A DNA stretch of 37,903 nt from Tubiluchus corallicola (GCA_030141605.1 JAQGDQ010000220.1:1-37903); one strand, 5' to 3'. Counted from the first letter of the stretch, positions 1 through 12,722 are shown. The notes: a model not told the origin generated them from the letters alone. Made by a program: numbers and translations.

Positions 1-402
1 ACGTTCTTACAAGTTCCCTTTACACTTTATACCATAGATCCTAGTTCCTAGTGTTACTGCAATACCAAACTTAATGCTTAAGTGTCTTCATTTTAGATTA
101 ATGCAAAGTTGCCTCCACTAAAGTCTCGCTTCACTCGCTTTCAGGCTTTTTCTGTTGTTTTGCAGGCTTTCTACGCGTGTTAAGTAATTTATTTGAAGCT
201 CCTTAGTGTTTTCCACAGCATTGCGCACCCTGGTGCAGAAAGTTTGAACTATTTTTCTGCAGAAACGGGTGTCGGAGAAATGCTCGTTTACCTTCTGTAT
301 CTTTTGTCGTTCATCTAAAAGGACTGTTAAATGACTACAAGAAAATTGTTAAATGACCACAAGAAAATTGTTAAATGACCACTAGAAAATTAGCAAGCAA
401 GT

Positions 403-436
<34 letters not shown>

Positions 437-693
437 AATATTTATTTAAAGTCGGCTTTTGGGTCAACAATTAACATTAGCTCAAAGAGCTATTATCGCC
501 GACTGTAAATAACAACCTACAACTACATAACAGAGACTATTATTACTCCACTTTTACCCTAAATACCACGCGTCAGGCAGGGCAACAGCAGGTACCATTT
601 TTAAAGTCTTTGGTATGACCCGGCCGCTGGTTCGAACTCACGACCTCCCAGACGGAAAGCAGACGCATTACCGCTAGACTAAACCGTCTGGTC
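403..693 (-). mobile_element. tRNA-derived SINE (MetaSINE-like), copy 1
   Basis: Minus strand reads a tRNA-like head with A-box-like TAGCGGTAATGCG and B-box GAGTTCGAACC, then CCGGGTCATACCAAAGACTTTAAAAATGGTACC (resembles the Meta core, from recall) and a (TAT)n tail. A homologous copy lies at 36136-36409. Confidence 0.85.
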
Positions 694-1088
694 AAATCTT
701 TATTGCAAAATGTGACCCAAATTGCTTTGTAGCTGGCAGGTTAGGAGAAATTTGCTATTTGACCAAAAACAGTGAGTAATACCGTGAGTAAGCTCGTCAG
801 AAAATTCTATGCCCATTTAGTAATTATTACTGATCTGTTAACTGTGCAGTTGTTCACTAATAATACCCAGTTACCAATTACTGGATTAACTGTAATTAGT
901 TGTCAACTACAAGCGCTCTGTAATACTCACGACTCGGCATGACTGATTTAACGATAAAACCAGGTGCTTGAAATCTGTCTGGTACTTTGCACAAAGTAAC
1001 ACTTTCTATTTGTATGTTTTACTATTTTGCTGTGATTAACTTTTGGTAACTTACTATCCCATAATTAACCACTTCACTGCCGTCACGT

Positions 1089-1130
1089 GACGGAAAGCAG
1101 ACGCATTACCACTAGACTAAACCGTCTGGT
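1089..1130 (-). mobile_element. Isolated 5' head fragment of the same SINE
   Basis: GACGGAAAGCAGACGCATTACCACTAGACTAAACCGTCTGGT matches 651-692 with one mismatch. Confidence 0.75.
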
Positions 1131-1299
1131 GAGTCTTTGAAAGCATTTTAATTTTTACAAATCACAAAGTTAGTAGATTTAGAATCAAGAGTAAAAATTA
1201 AGAATTTGATTCAGCTGAATTTGCTGCAGAAAATTTTACATTTTGCTTTTGTATTAAATTTGTTGTTTTTTCATTTTCAGTTTTTATTTCTCTTTTCAG

Positions 1300-1328
1300 A
1301 TAAGGATCCGCCTTCGTTTGTATACTAA
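1300..1328 (+). CDS. Possible terminal coding exon of an upstream plus-strand gene, (D)KDPPSFVY*
   Basis: Very strong polypyrimidine tract and TTTCAG acceptor, then AT AAG GAT CCG CCT TCG TTT GTA TAC TAA, followed by a long T-rich UTR-like region with AATAAA at ~4709. Upstream exons not identified and frame assumed. Confidence 0.35.
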
Positions 1329-2106
1329 GCTAAATTTTAGAGAAATCTCATCCGCAGCTTTGAATCTCTATCTTGAATCTCTGGTTCTTTCAATGTGTGT
1401 TCGTGTGTTCGTGGTATTGTGATGTTTCTATTCACACTTCATTTATTTTTTATTCAGTCTGTAATAATTTATTGTTTTTTTCAACATTCTCTATATGTAA
1501 TATTAGTCTAACTATGCGAGTCGATTTGAAATATTTTAATTTGAAGCTCCATGCTGAATCTTGTCTTTGTTACTCCATTACCCTGCAGTCTAAAACAGAT
1601 TCTCGAGTCGTAAAATTTTCGGTGATATTCAAAGGTGGACACGATTGCTGCTTACCAAAGATGTCCACTCTTGTCAAATATCGAAGCTCATAGAGCGCTG
1701 TAGCTGATTGGAAGAGGTGCTGACAAGCCACTGGTGTAGCAGTGTTTAGTTTCTTACTGGATTAACACCTGTGTTTACCTGTCTTGAAGGCTGATTTCTT
1801 TATTTTAGAATTCTGCCTACCCAATGTCTGTATAATAGATACATGATGACATCAATATGCCCCGTGGATGAAAGTAGCAAAACTGATTTTGCACATACAA
1901 TTTTTGTGTCTTTGTGCTTGACCTTCGTACCTAAATTATTTTAACCGTTTTAAACTGCAGGCTTTACTAGTCATACAAAGAGATGATCTCTGTGTATTGT
2001 GACTGAAGCATTTATTGTAGTTGTTCGTAAGTTAACCAATGAATTGATTTTGTTCACTTGTAGCCCCGTGTGATTGTAAGCAACTTTCTTTTCCATTAGT
2101 GGTCGG

Positions 2107-2482
2107 TAGGGGTGAGCATCGAACGCTCGAATTCGATTCGAATGAGTTTTTTTAGTTCGAACTCGATTCGAATCCAAAACTATAGATTCGAATAATTCAG
2201 CACTTCAATCACATATGTTCCTGATCATTAAAACGATTGAAACATCATGCAATTAGCATAATTTAGCTGTGATTTCTGCACACAATTTTAAAGAAATTAC
2301 TAGTCGTTTTATTGCAGAACAAAATCTAGTGATATGCATGATCTTTGTAAGACTAATTTTTACTGGTGGTTTGAAAACTTGTTCGAAAATCGTTCAATCT
2401 CAATTCAAATTCGGTTCGAATTCGAAACACTGAAGTTCGGTTTGATTCGAATTCGCTTTCTGGTAGAGAATGCTCACCCCTT
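2107..2482. mobile_element. hAT-type MITE, copy 1
   Basis: TIRs TAGGGGTGAGCAT...ATGCTCACCCCTT, perfect 8-bp TSD GTGGTCGG (2099-2106 / 2483-2490), many TTCGAA subterminal motifs, inverted homologue at 7876-8280. Confidence 0.9.
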
Positions 2483-2910
2483 GTGGTCGGCAGACAAAAT
2501 TTTGTCGTCGTCATTTTACCCAAAATCGTGCATTCAGTGGCAGATGAGTATTTGCGAAAATATCATTCAAGCCACAAACTCTTTATTTGGCAGTTAACAT
2601 AAAACAAATTTTAGTATTGATATTTTTTACCCAGCCTTATTGCTTACATGTCACTTAGTTGCAACCAAAACCGGTGTTGTTGATATTGTTTTTTTTGCAA
2701 GCTTGTTTGTCCTTTAGTCAGTTAGTTATTTTACGACTTTAGTCATTTAGTCGTTTTACAATTATGTTTGAAATAGTAGATTCGAAAGTCACGTGTGTTT
2801 TACCATTTATATTGTAAGGAGTGTTGATAGACAAACCTTTAAAATTTGTGAGATAAAGTAGAAAAACTGACTGAGGATTTTGTGTAATTTTTTAATTTTC
2901 CACTTTCTTA

Positions 2911-3266
2911 GTCTGTATAAACTTGGTGTAATGTCACTTGGAAAAATTGTAGGTCATAGATTACAAGTGAGTAAAAATAGCTGAGTGGTCATGGTGTTTG
3001 TTTGGCTGTGAAGTTTTAGCAATACCCGGCCTGTCTAGTAAATGGATGACAGGGTTCCCATGGTCAGGAAAATTCCTGGTCTGTATGAACTTGGTGTAAT
3101 GTCACTTGATAAAATTGTTATAAATTACAACTTCCTGGGTCAATTTTTACAAGTCAATAAATATAGCTGAGTGGTCATGGTGTTTGTTTGGTTGTGAAAT
3201 TTGAGCAATACCAGGCCTGTCTAGTAAATGGATGGCAGGGTTCGCACGGTCACGGAAAGTCCTGGA
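2911..3266. repeat. Two-copy local tandem duplication (~168-bp period)
   Basis: GTCTGTAT(A/G)AACTTGGTGTAATGTCACTTG...CAGGGTTC...TCCTGG starts at 2911 and at 3079. Confidence 0.8.
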
Positions 3267-3627
3267 AAATCCTTCAAAATTCAGGCTATCCTGTAAAGTT
3301 ATAGAAAGGTCGGGGGGAAAAGGATAATTTGATAAAAAGTCCGAGAGAATGATGAAAACAATTGACACCAGCATGTTGTACCATTTCCTGGAGAAAAGAC
3401 GGCAGACAAAGCAAAGTATTTTTAAACATTCATTCTTCGTCTTCTAGGGACGCAGTCAGTAGGGTAGAAATTCAGTCAAGTTTCTGTCTTGAAAATTAGT
3501 AATAGTGTCATGTAGATCCGCAAAGTGGACAGAGTGAATGATCATACTAAAGTGCTGATTATTTTATTTTAATCACAAGTGTTTTGTATTTAATCTTATC
3601 AAGTTTTGATGTAAGTTACTCAACCAT

Positions 3628-3942
3628 CAGTGGCATAGCTAGAGTTCAGGCTTTGCAAGGCTCAAAATTTGAATTTTTGTTTAAAACCCTGTAAGACTAT
3701 TCTAATCCGTGTAGCAAGTTAATATCATTCTTGTGCAAAATGGCTTGTTTACTTGTGTTAAACTTGCTAGACGACGAAGCCAAGATGTGCTGGTGTGATC
3801 TCTGCTGTTCTGTGTAACTGTGCTAAGTGGTTTTGTCAACTGAAAATCATCAACATTAAGAACTGAAATGACCACAATGACCAATGACCGGTATTGCAAC
3901 ATTGCTAGCCTGCTAGTGCAAACTCCGCTAGGTGTGCCACTG
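3628..3942. mobile_element. Possible degenerate hAT-like MITE
   Basis: Imperfect TIRs CAGTGGCATAGCTAG / CTAGGTGTGCCACTG; no TSD recognised. Confidence 0.3.
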
Positions 3943-4278
3943 TAGCGAACTGCTCAAATGATGTTCTTCGAAATGAGTTATATTCGAGGCATTGTTATAA
4001 TTATTGTTATTGTGTAATGTGACTATATTTATAACAAGGTTGTCAATGCTCAAGTAGGTGTTGCTTATCTGTCGAATAATCGTCGCTAATAGTCGAACAC
4101 TGAAGTAGTCTTAACATACTGGAGATACATAACATAACATATTTCAGTATTTCTGTTTTTAGTTTGTACACTGGTGTCTATAGACAGCGAGCATATTGTA
4201 AGCATACATCGTTTTTAGTTGCGTGTTATGAGTACGTACAGTGGTGTTATTATACTTTTCAGTATAAAAGCGCGTGTA

Positions 4279-4572
4279 TACACGTCAAATGTAGACCTAC
4301 GTTAAGTCAAATGTAGATTTAGGTGATTCAAATGTGTCTTGGTAGCTCAAATGTAGACTTAGGCAGTTCAAATGTGTTAACAATGGTTTTCAAGAAATCT
4401 TGAGCGCTTTTGGTAAGTCAAATGTAGACACATGTCAAGTCAAATGTCCTATGTCTACATTTGACTTACCTAAGTCACATTTGAGTTACCAAAACACATT
4501 CGAAATTCCCATGTCTACATTTGACTTACCTAAGTCACATTTGAACTTTCCTGTGTCTACATTTGACGTGTA
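4279..4572. mobile_element. Foldback-like MITE with modular inverted arms
   Basis: Ends TACACGTCAAATGTAGAC / GTCTACATTTGACGTGTA are perfect inverted repeats. The left arm repeats TCAAATGT(A/G) and the right arm repeats ACATTTGA. Confidence 0.75.
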
Positions 4573-4819
4573 AAACCTATAGAATTGCTAATTATACAGT
4601 TATTATGAGTAACTTAATCGTAAGAATTTTAGTACTTTCACAAATTATGCATCAGAAGTCTGGAGTAGTTGACAACCCGTTTTATGTAGGTTGGTTGTTA
4701 TTATTTGCAATAAAATTATTTATTGCATTTAAACTTGTTCTGTTTATGAAGAATTCACGTTAACATTGTGCGTGCATGTAAATGAATTTACTCTGTTTCT
4801 GGTAAAATAGACGTAAATA

Positions 4820-5189
4820 CAGTCAACCCTCGTTAAACCGGACTAATTAGGGGGGGGGTCCGGTTTAACCGATTGTCCGATATGCCTATATATGGTCTAT
4901 ATTATACAGGAATAATCACCTTAATAAGGCCTATATACATTGCACTATATTATATAGTCTATATACTGTGCACTATATACTATAGTGTATATTACTTTAA
5001 AATAGTTAACCTGTGAGGATAAAGAAATTATTGTACACTTCAAATAAAAAATGGCCCGTCAGTGGCTCGTGGTGAGTTGGTAGGCCGTTTTGTTTAGCGC
5101 TCCAGCTCGGTCAGTTTCCTTTACTACTGATGATGTCCGTATTGTCCAATATCCGGGCTAACGGGGTCCGGTTTAACGAGGGTCGAGTG
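4820..5189. mobile_element. Tc1/mariner-pogo-type MITE
   Basis: 24-bp TIRs CAGTCAACCCTCGTTAAACCGGAC / GTCCGGTTTAACGAGGGTCGAGTG (2 mismatches), flanked by TA on both sides. Confidence 0.85.
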
Positions 5190-5300
5190 TACATGAATTA
5201 TGAGTTCTGAGCTCATCAATGCAGACCGTAACAAAATGGAGCATGTAACAGGAGTTTGCAATTCCAACACAATTTAAATATCTTAACCTTAATATCACAA

Positions 5301-5568
5301 ACTAATTTCTTGCATGTGGGAAGTGTAAACTTTAGCCCACGTAACGAGAATGGGCTAAAGTGCCACCAGAATTTTTTGTGACTGCTAAAGAGCAAACACT
5401 AAGAAAGAATTGTTCGTACAAAAACAACACTGCAGGTAACACTAATTTCTTGCATGTGGGAAATGTAAACTTTAGCCCACGCAACGAGAATGGGCTAAAG
5501 TGCCACCAGCATTTTTTGTGACTGCTAAAGAGCAAAGACTAAGAAAGAAATTGTTCGTACAAAAACAA
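5301..5568. repeat. Two-copy tandem duplication, 140-bp period
   Basis: ACTAATTTCTTGCATGTGGGAA...TTCGTACAAAAACAA starts at 5301 and at 5441. Confidence 0.9.
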
Positions 5569-6656
5569 GGATCAATTTTTATATTTAAGTACATATAATT
5601 TATTACACTGCACAGGTAACAATGTACACTTAACATTAATCTCTATAGGGTGATTGAAAACATAAATTAATGGACTGTACAATCATTTGACAATAAATAC
5701 AGTAGTTATTACAATATAAAAAAGCAGCAGATTTCAAAAAAGACGGACATTTTTCATGGAGGTGATCTCCTCATGGAGGATGAGGTTATTGCTAGAATCG
5801 ACTCACAATTAACGACAAGAGATCAATACAGCAAAAGTATTTATACTGCATTTATGAAACAAGTACAAAGCCTGGTTATTTGGATTATCAATGTGTTGCA
5901 CCAACTGCTTTACACCTGTGGCCATGTATAAAAATTATTTAACAAATATGGTTAGATTTAACAATTACACTGGTTACTTAGTGTATTTAAGTATATGAAA
6001 CAAGTGGAATTCTTTGAAACCTGTGATTCCCTATGGCCTTAAAATGAGAAAAAAGCAATACGAGGCTCGGAAAGTGCACAGATAGGTGACTGATCGAAAA
6101 ACTACAACAGAGAGACTTTTAAACCGTCACAAACAGAACAAGATGGATCGAAAGGGGGCAAAGAGCGACCTAAAATATCAGTGGATCAATTGTTTGTCCA
6201 ATTCATCTCAATGAGTTTCAACTAATATTTGAATACAAAAAAACAGTCTGTTGATCGAGTGACAGCGGAACTTTTACAATAAGGCAACTTACACTAAAAA
6301 AATCACCCAAAATATAAAAAATTCCTTAGCAAAAGTATAAAAGGGAAATAAAATAAAAGGGTATAAAATAATAAAGGGAAATAAGGAAGAAGAAAAGAAG
6401 AAAAAACATGTTGATGTTTTGATTGGACAGTGGAAATCACAACTGATTATAATGATTACCTTTTTAATAACGTGAAGTTTCGATTATGTGGCATCCATTG
6501 TTGACGTACAGAATCTGAGAAAAGAACTTTCTTCACTTTTGTCTTATTCCCTGTTATACCTTTGCTAAGAATAGATGTATCAATTTCAATATTATACTAG
6601 TGATAAATATAATTGTTTTTCTTACACCAGCTCAAGGCTTCAACAGTGAGGCAGAT

Positions 6657-6763
6657 CACCTAGGGTCATAGCTGGGGTCATGTGGAGCCATGACAGCCGA
6701 GGTCACTTGCACCTAGGGTCATAGCTGGGGTCACTTGGAGCCATTACAGCTGAGGTCACTTGC
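6657..6763. repeat. Two-copy tandem duplication, 53-bp period
   Basis: CACCTAGGGTCATAGCTGGGGTCA...GAGGTCACTTG at 6657 and 6710. Confidence 0.85.
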
Positions 6764-7203
6764 ATGTCTATTATTAATGAAAATCATGCGGGGTGAAGAT
6801 TGACAAAGGTGCAAACTAAGATAAATAAAGAATTAAATCTAATGTTATCATTATAATATTTACAAATACAATAAACATGCCTTTCAAAATCAAAGAGTCA
6901 ATCTGATGCTCATTTAAACCCCCCCCCCCTCCTCCACACACACACACACTTGCTGACTATTTTAATTTCACTGTGAAGCCGCCTACAAGACGACATCATG
7001 AATCTGCCTACATCTGTGGCATGAAGCTAAAGCTGCAAAGTTGATGGAAAACGTGTTACCAAAATTCTTTTAACTCACAGCATAAATTTAAATATCTCAA
7101 GAAACTCTGCCCAATTTCACCCCAAAATCAAATTCATATTCTGCATACTTGAACCAGATCTATGCATAATAAGGGAAAAACATCGTATTATTACGACGGG
7201 CGA

Positions 7204-7568
7204 TGGCGGAGATGAGGATGTTGAGATGGATGGTGGGAGTAACAAGAAGGGATAAAATCAGGAAAAGTAATATTAGAGGAACAGTGAAAGTAGTGGAAGC
7301 CTCGAAAAAGATACAAGAGGCAAGATTGCGATGGTATGGGCACCTGAAAAGAAGAGTCGGGGAAGATCACGTGGGAAGGGAGGTCATGGAAATGGAAGTG
7401 CTGGGAAATAGAAGAAGAGGACGACCCAAGTGGAGATGGTTTGAATGTACTAATGGAGACCTTAGAGAGAAGAACATAAATGAAGAGATGGTCAACAACA
7501 GGAATGCATGGAGAAGACTTATTCACAACGGCGACCCCGAATAGGGAAAAGCTGGGAAGAAGAAGAAG
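7204..7568 (+). mobile_element. 5'-truncated RTE-clade LINE 3' end
   Basis: Open frame [18 protein letters not shown]...RLRWYGHLKRR...RRRGRPKWRW typical of the RTE ORF C-terminus; (GAA)n tail; 14-bp TSD ATTA(C/T)GACGGGCGA at 7190-7203 / 7569-7582. Confidence 0.9.
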
Positions 7569-7875
7569 ATTATGACGGGCGACGAGAGCTTTGAAAGCCC
7601 TACTTCTCTTGTCAGTGTATTTTGTCTACAGGTTTATCGAAATCAAAAGTCAAGACTGGCAACAACTTCATTTATGCTTATGAAGATGAATGACTTTACT
7701 AACATAATGAAAAAAGAAGTATTTCGTACAACTCACTACATTTCCAACAAACTCTGAAGCAGGCGTCAAGCAAAAAATTGATACAAAATTAGGCAGAATT
7801 CTATGGACCAGGGAGTCCTAAGGCAGATAAAAAAATCACAAATGTACTACTACAAATGAGAATCTTAATAAAAAT

Positions 7876-8280
7876 TAGAGGTGAGCATTCTCTACCACAA
7901 AGCGAATTCGAATCGAACTGAATTTGACTTTCGAATTCCAATCGAACCGAACTTCAGTGTTTCGAATTCGAACCGAATTCGAATTGAGATTGAACGATTT
8001 TCCAACAAGTTTTCGAACCACCAGCAAAAATTAGTCTTACAAAGATCATGCATATCACTAGATTTTGTTCTACAATAAAACGACTAGTAATTTCTTTACA
8101 ATTGTGTGCAGAAATCACTGCTAAATTATGCTAATTGCACGATGTTTCAATCGTTTTAGTGATAAAGAACATGTCTGATTGCAGTGCTGAATTATTCGAA
8201 TCTATAGTTTTGGATTCGAATCGAGTTCGAACTAAAAAAACTCGTTCGAATTGAATTCGAGCGTTCGATGCTCACCCCTA
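7876..8280. mobile_element. hAT-type MITE, copy 2 (inverted relative to copy 1)
   Basis: Reverse complement of 2107-2482 with a short extra internal segment; TIRs TAGAGGTGAGCAT / ATGCTCACCCCTA; degenerate 8-bp TSD ATAAAAAT / GTAAAAAC. Confidence 0.88.
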
Positions 8281-8452
8281 GTAAAAACTGAACAATTTGT
8301 CAGATGCAATAGAGCAGCGGAAACATCTAACTTCTTGTAAGCAGCTTCACAACACATAAATTTGCTATCAAACATAAATCACTAGAAAACTTTTTGTATG
8401 GCAGTTACGTGTATTTTACAGTAAAAATCACGATGGACAGTTAAACTGTTTG

Positions 8453-8498
8453 CTAACCCCACAAGTCTTCAGTTCTTCCAAACTTGAATATCAATGCA
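8453..8498 (-). CDS. TMEM50: Transmembrane protein 50 (TMEM50A/B orthologue), coding exon 6 (last)
   Basis: Acceptor tttctttcag; encodes (S)ALIFKFGRTEDLWG*, matching the conserved FKFGRTEDLW C-terminus; phase matches exon 5. Confidence 0.95.
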
Positions 8499-10209
8499 CT
8501 GAAAGAAAAATACAAGCAACGTGTGAAAAACAGTAACCTAACGTAAATTATAGCAAAAAAACATTACAGTTAGATTAGTTTCCATTACTTCGACATAGAT
8601 GGCAGCACCATTTCGTAAATAGAATTCATAGTGCATACGAGTTAATTCGTACAAGTTTCTGGTGGCCTGTTCTGGTAAGTAAGAGGAAACCGTCTGAAAG
8701 CATTACAAGTTGTGAATTAAAGGAAAAGTTCAGTAAAAATAAATTGAATTGAATTGAATTGAGTAAACCCTCCTTACAACAAACTAATTAGAGAAAGGGT
8801 AGTCAGTCCAAAAGATACACTCTGTCCCCTAGATGCATTATTGGAAAAAACATCCATTAAATGGGGAAGTTTACTAGTTTAGTCATTCCAACATGTACTG
8901 CCCTCTGTAGGCACTAATTCAATTCAATTTCAATTTATTTATCTCTTTATAGTGTTACCATTAAACATGATTAATAAGAGAATCTCTAATAAGTTTTGAA
9001 AAATGGTTAAAATGTATAGATAGATCTAGAACTAGAGAAAGGATAGCGAAAAGACTATAAAGTCACCTAGTCTGCTATCCTTTACCGAATATAGACAAAA
9101 AGATTTTTTAGACACTGGTGGGCATTAATGTTATCATTTAATTTAGGAAACATTAGTAATTTTTAAAATTATGACATTTGCTATATAATCCAGAGAAAAG
9201 AATATACATGTAGTTTAATTAGCGGGCAACAAAATAAGGTCAATCTTGATTAAACTAAAAATTGCATTTAGATTTTATGTGAAATACAGGTGAAAATTGT
9301 TATGAAATGATAAAAACACTTTGAGTTAATAATGTTATTAATAAGCTTCTACTAAGCTTCCCTTTAGCTTCTAAACTACCCCATAGCAACAATTGATAGT
9401 GCTGTGTTCAGTTAGCATTTTCTTCTAGCAGTAAAATATGTATAGAGGGCGTTAAAGTCAATTCAAACTGCTGAAACTGAAGTGCAAAAATAAACTAGTA
9501 GCTTATTGCCCTTTGAAACTACCAAATTATGAGAAGCCGGAAGCTGTGGGCAACACTCCGGGAAATATCGGAACAAATTTTTTTGAAGCGCACGTCAACC
9601 AGAACAAATGAGAATGTGACAAATGGGGAGTAAATTTCATAGGGAATTACATAATGTAAAAATGGCCTAGAAACTTATTCAAGTTAATTATAATAATGTT
9701 TTTTTACAGGTCCATCTAATGTGACCAGTAATTGATCAGTCATTAATTGTGTCTAGACTGTGCAGTCAAATGAACAAAATATCCTGCATGGTTAGTTAAA
9801 AAAAGGCCTACTATAGACGTGTGAAAAGAGGGGAGTCGGGATTGAAAACCGGAAGCACTCCACCCTAGGCTTTACTCCCCGCTAGAGGATCACACACTTT
9901 CTTATTAGTCATGGTAACTAGGTATGTGAATAATTATGACACATTCATACAGTAAATGATATAAAACACTGATATGATACAGTGAGTGAATTAAACATAC
10001 TGCTAATGACAATACCGACACGCGTTACACATTGCATTAGCTGCTTTTTACCAGCAGACTGATTTTCGAGCTACGAATTTTTCGAGAAATGCAAACAAAT
10101 CAAATGGCATAAAAGTTAATGATGACGAAAACTTCTAACAAAGATGATGTTAGAAAAGTTAGGAGACACAATCAGAGGATGCGTTCCTGTGCAAATGAAG
10201 TTCTTATTC

Positions 10210-10310
10210 ATCCCATAAGTCTGTGGGAAACTTACCCAAAGAATCCCATAAGTCAGTGGGAAACTTACCTAAAGAATCCCATAAGTCAGTGGAATACTTA
10301 CCTAAAGAAT
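10210..10310. repeat. 33-bp tandem repeat, 3 copies, containing the TMEM50 exon 5 donor
   Basis: CTTAC (GTAAG on minus strand) at 10231, 10264 and 10297 within the unit GAATCCCATAAGTCAGTGGGAAACTTACCTAAA. Confidence 0.9.
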
Positions 10311-10365
10311 ATGAAAGCATTTTGTAAAAAGACGGCAACACCGGGCCACTGGTCCTTATATATTC
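10302..10365 (-). CDS. TMEM50: TMEM50 coding exon 5
   Basis: ttttctag acceptor and GTAAGT donor; 64 nt encoding (G)IYKDQWPGVAVFLQNAFIFF(S), matching the TMEM50 PGIAVFFQNAFIF motif. Confidence 0.95.
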
Positions 10366-10949
10366 CTAGAAAAACAGCAGAAATAGTTATAAGCACGTGT
10401 AACTATCTATGGAGAACGTGTAAAAGAATTTATGTTTAAACTAACAGCATAAACTGTTATGAAAGATGATTTTAGTTTCATTCAAATTATTCAACCAAAA
10501 CTTGCAAATTTTTCATTCAAAACAACCAAAATGCGTCTCAACTACAGCAGCTACGCGACATGCGGGTAAAGCAAAGCTGTTTGCCGCATCAGTTCACGAT
10601 GGTGAAAAATCTTTATAGTGATCATAATAGTAATCTTTATAGTAATCATAATAGTGATTTACTAGCAGAATCTTGCTTGGGAACAAGAAAAAATGAACCA
10701 AGTAAGGTTCTAGCTAGCTGTTAAAACTGTCACTATTACAATAGCATAGAGTGCGAGGCATCGTTAAGTGTACATAAATGAGTTGTTTGGTTCGTTGACC
10801 TTTGACCTTTTTACGATCACCATCAATCACTCGTACCGTGAAAAGGCTTATTAGCAACTCTTCTCACCAAGTGCGTTAGTGTTGCTTAACTGCTGAGCCC
10901 TTTGCTATTTAATGATGACGATAAGAATAATTCACTGACGACAACTTAA

Positions 10950-11469
10950 AGGAAAACCAGACAATTGATTAGATTCAATCTCATTTTATTTACTGTCCAA
11001 AATATACCATTTCATGCCTGTAAAAGTTAGCAATTGTCTTTATATTTGAAAAATTAGCTTAGAAAGTTAATTAACGGCAAGCAAGCACAGCTATTGCTTA
11101 TGTCAGAAACTAACCACAGTTTGTGAACTGGTAAAAGTCTTTCTTGCACGTCAAGCACATTTGCGTAAATGTTACTGCTTCAACGCGTGATGTCACAAAA
11201 ATGTCATGACATCAGAAACTAACACTGCAGTTCATGATCATGGTACCGCCTTCTATTTGTCAGCCAAGCGAATGTGTCAAAAAGGCGCCTTTGCCAATCT
11301 TAGTAGATTCACTGAGCCGCGCGTAACTTTGAAAGTTTAACGAAATTTGAGTATCCGAGGTAATTATTACTTAATCTAAGCTTTGATTTAAAAAAAGCTG
11401 CTGTAGTTTTCAATATTTTAAACAATTCCTTATTCTGAACTCGTGTTTACACAATCTTCCGGTTTTCCT
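10950..11469. mobile_element. Kolobok-type MITE
   Basis: TTAA|AGGAAAACCAG ... CCGGTTTTCCT|TTAA: 11-bp TIR (1 mismatch), TTAA TSD, AG...CT termini. Confidence 0.65.
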
Positions 11470-11815
11470 TTAAAATTTCAAAGGATGAATCAAATGCTTT
11501 ACCCAATGACTTTCAACGACAATTTCATTTCTTCTTTAAACACCTAGGATGTTTCCCAAATATCATCATAGACCCTCGTAATAATGCCTCCCCCCTTCAT
11601 AATGCAAACTCAAAAACATCAAAATTTTTGGCAAAACAAAATGTCCAATTTAGTGCATGGATGCGTGAATTACTGCAACTCATTATAATGCTAGACTCGC
11701 TTGACGCCACTTTTTTGAGCCCCAAAGTAAGAGACATGAAGAGGTTCTGATTGTAAATCTGTGAGTATCTACAGAGGGACTGCTTCGAGTAGAAAATTAT
11801 TGATTTTTTTGCCTA

Positions 11816-12043
<228 letters not shown>

Positions 12044-12216
12044 CTAATGGCAACTCACCATTTTGAAGCGTTGCAGATTATATTTTGCTGAATTCTCTGA
12101 ACAACATCCTCAACGTTGGAATACTTAAGTCACCTTCCAAGGTGAGTTAAAAGCAGAGTGGTCATGGCATTTGTTTTTCAATCACAACTGTGTCTCATTG
12201 GGTTTAATACTCACTC

Positions 12217-12548
12217 TTGGGCGTAGCCAAGTTCAAAAGTTTGAGGGGAGCATGCACATAAAAAAGACGCCGCGACACATACCAAACAATTTTTAATGCA
12301 TTGATTATACATTTTAATTTTGTGTTTAAAATCAAAACACGAGGAAGATACAGTTAATAATTGGGGCAATTTGATTCTTGATTCAATCAGTCAACTTTGA
12401 CAAGTGAGATGCATAAATACACAGTCATTTCAGAAACGCAGGAGGCTGGTTACTCAAATAAACTAATTACTCCATTGTTGAAAATGTATCAATTTTGAAA
12501 AATGTGGTCGGTGAAGTGGTTCTCCCTCCCCTATTAGCTACACCATTG
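12217..12548. mobile_element. Degenerate hAT-like MITE
   Basis: Ends TTGGGCGTAGCC / AGCTACACCATTG; 8-bp TSD ACTCACTC / ACTTACTC (7 of 8 match). Confidence 0.5.
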
Positions 12549-12718
12549 ACTTACTCTCAGTGGTTTCTTTTGCTACACTGATTCAGCCTCTAACAGGAAA
12601 CAGGGAAAATCCATACATACATATATAACAATACACACACACACATATGTATATATATATATATATGTATTGTTACCATACTGTTTCTTTTGTTTCTGAA
12701 ATGAACTAGCGAATTAGC

Positions 12719-12722
12719 ACCC

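Noticed and set aside
292-314. Minus-strand 23-nt micro-exon (D)ERQKIQK resembling the start of a spectrin/plakin CH domain
   Set aside because: No KTFTKW continuation visible; too short to distinguish from chance.
620-693. tRNA gene (also 36136-36210)
   Set aside because: The tRNA-like part is fused to a SINE core and (TAT)n tail in both copies; no proper acceptor stem or Pol III terminator seen.
1373-1693. 106-aa ORF
   Set aside because: Non-ATG start, AT-rich UTR-like composition, no recognisable domain.
7203-7544. 113-aa ORF as a host gene
   Set aside because: It is the C-terminal remnant of an RTE LINE bounded by TSDs; the ATG is formed at the insertion junction.
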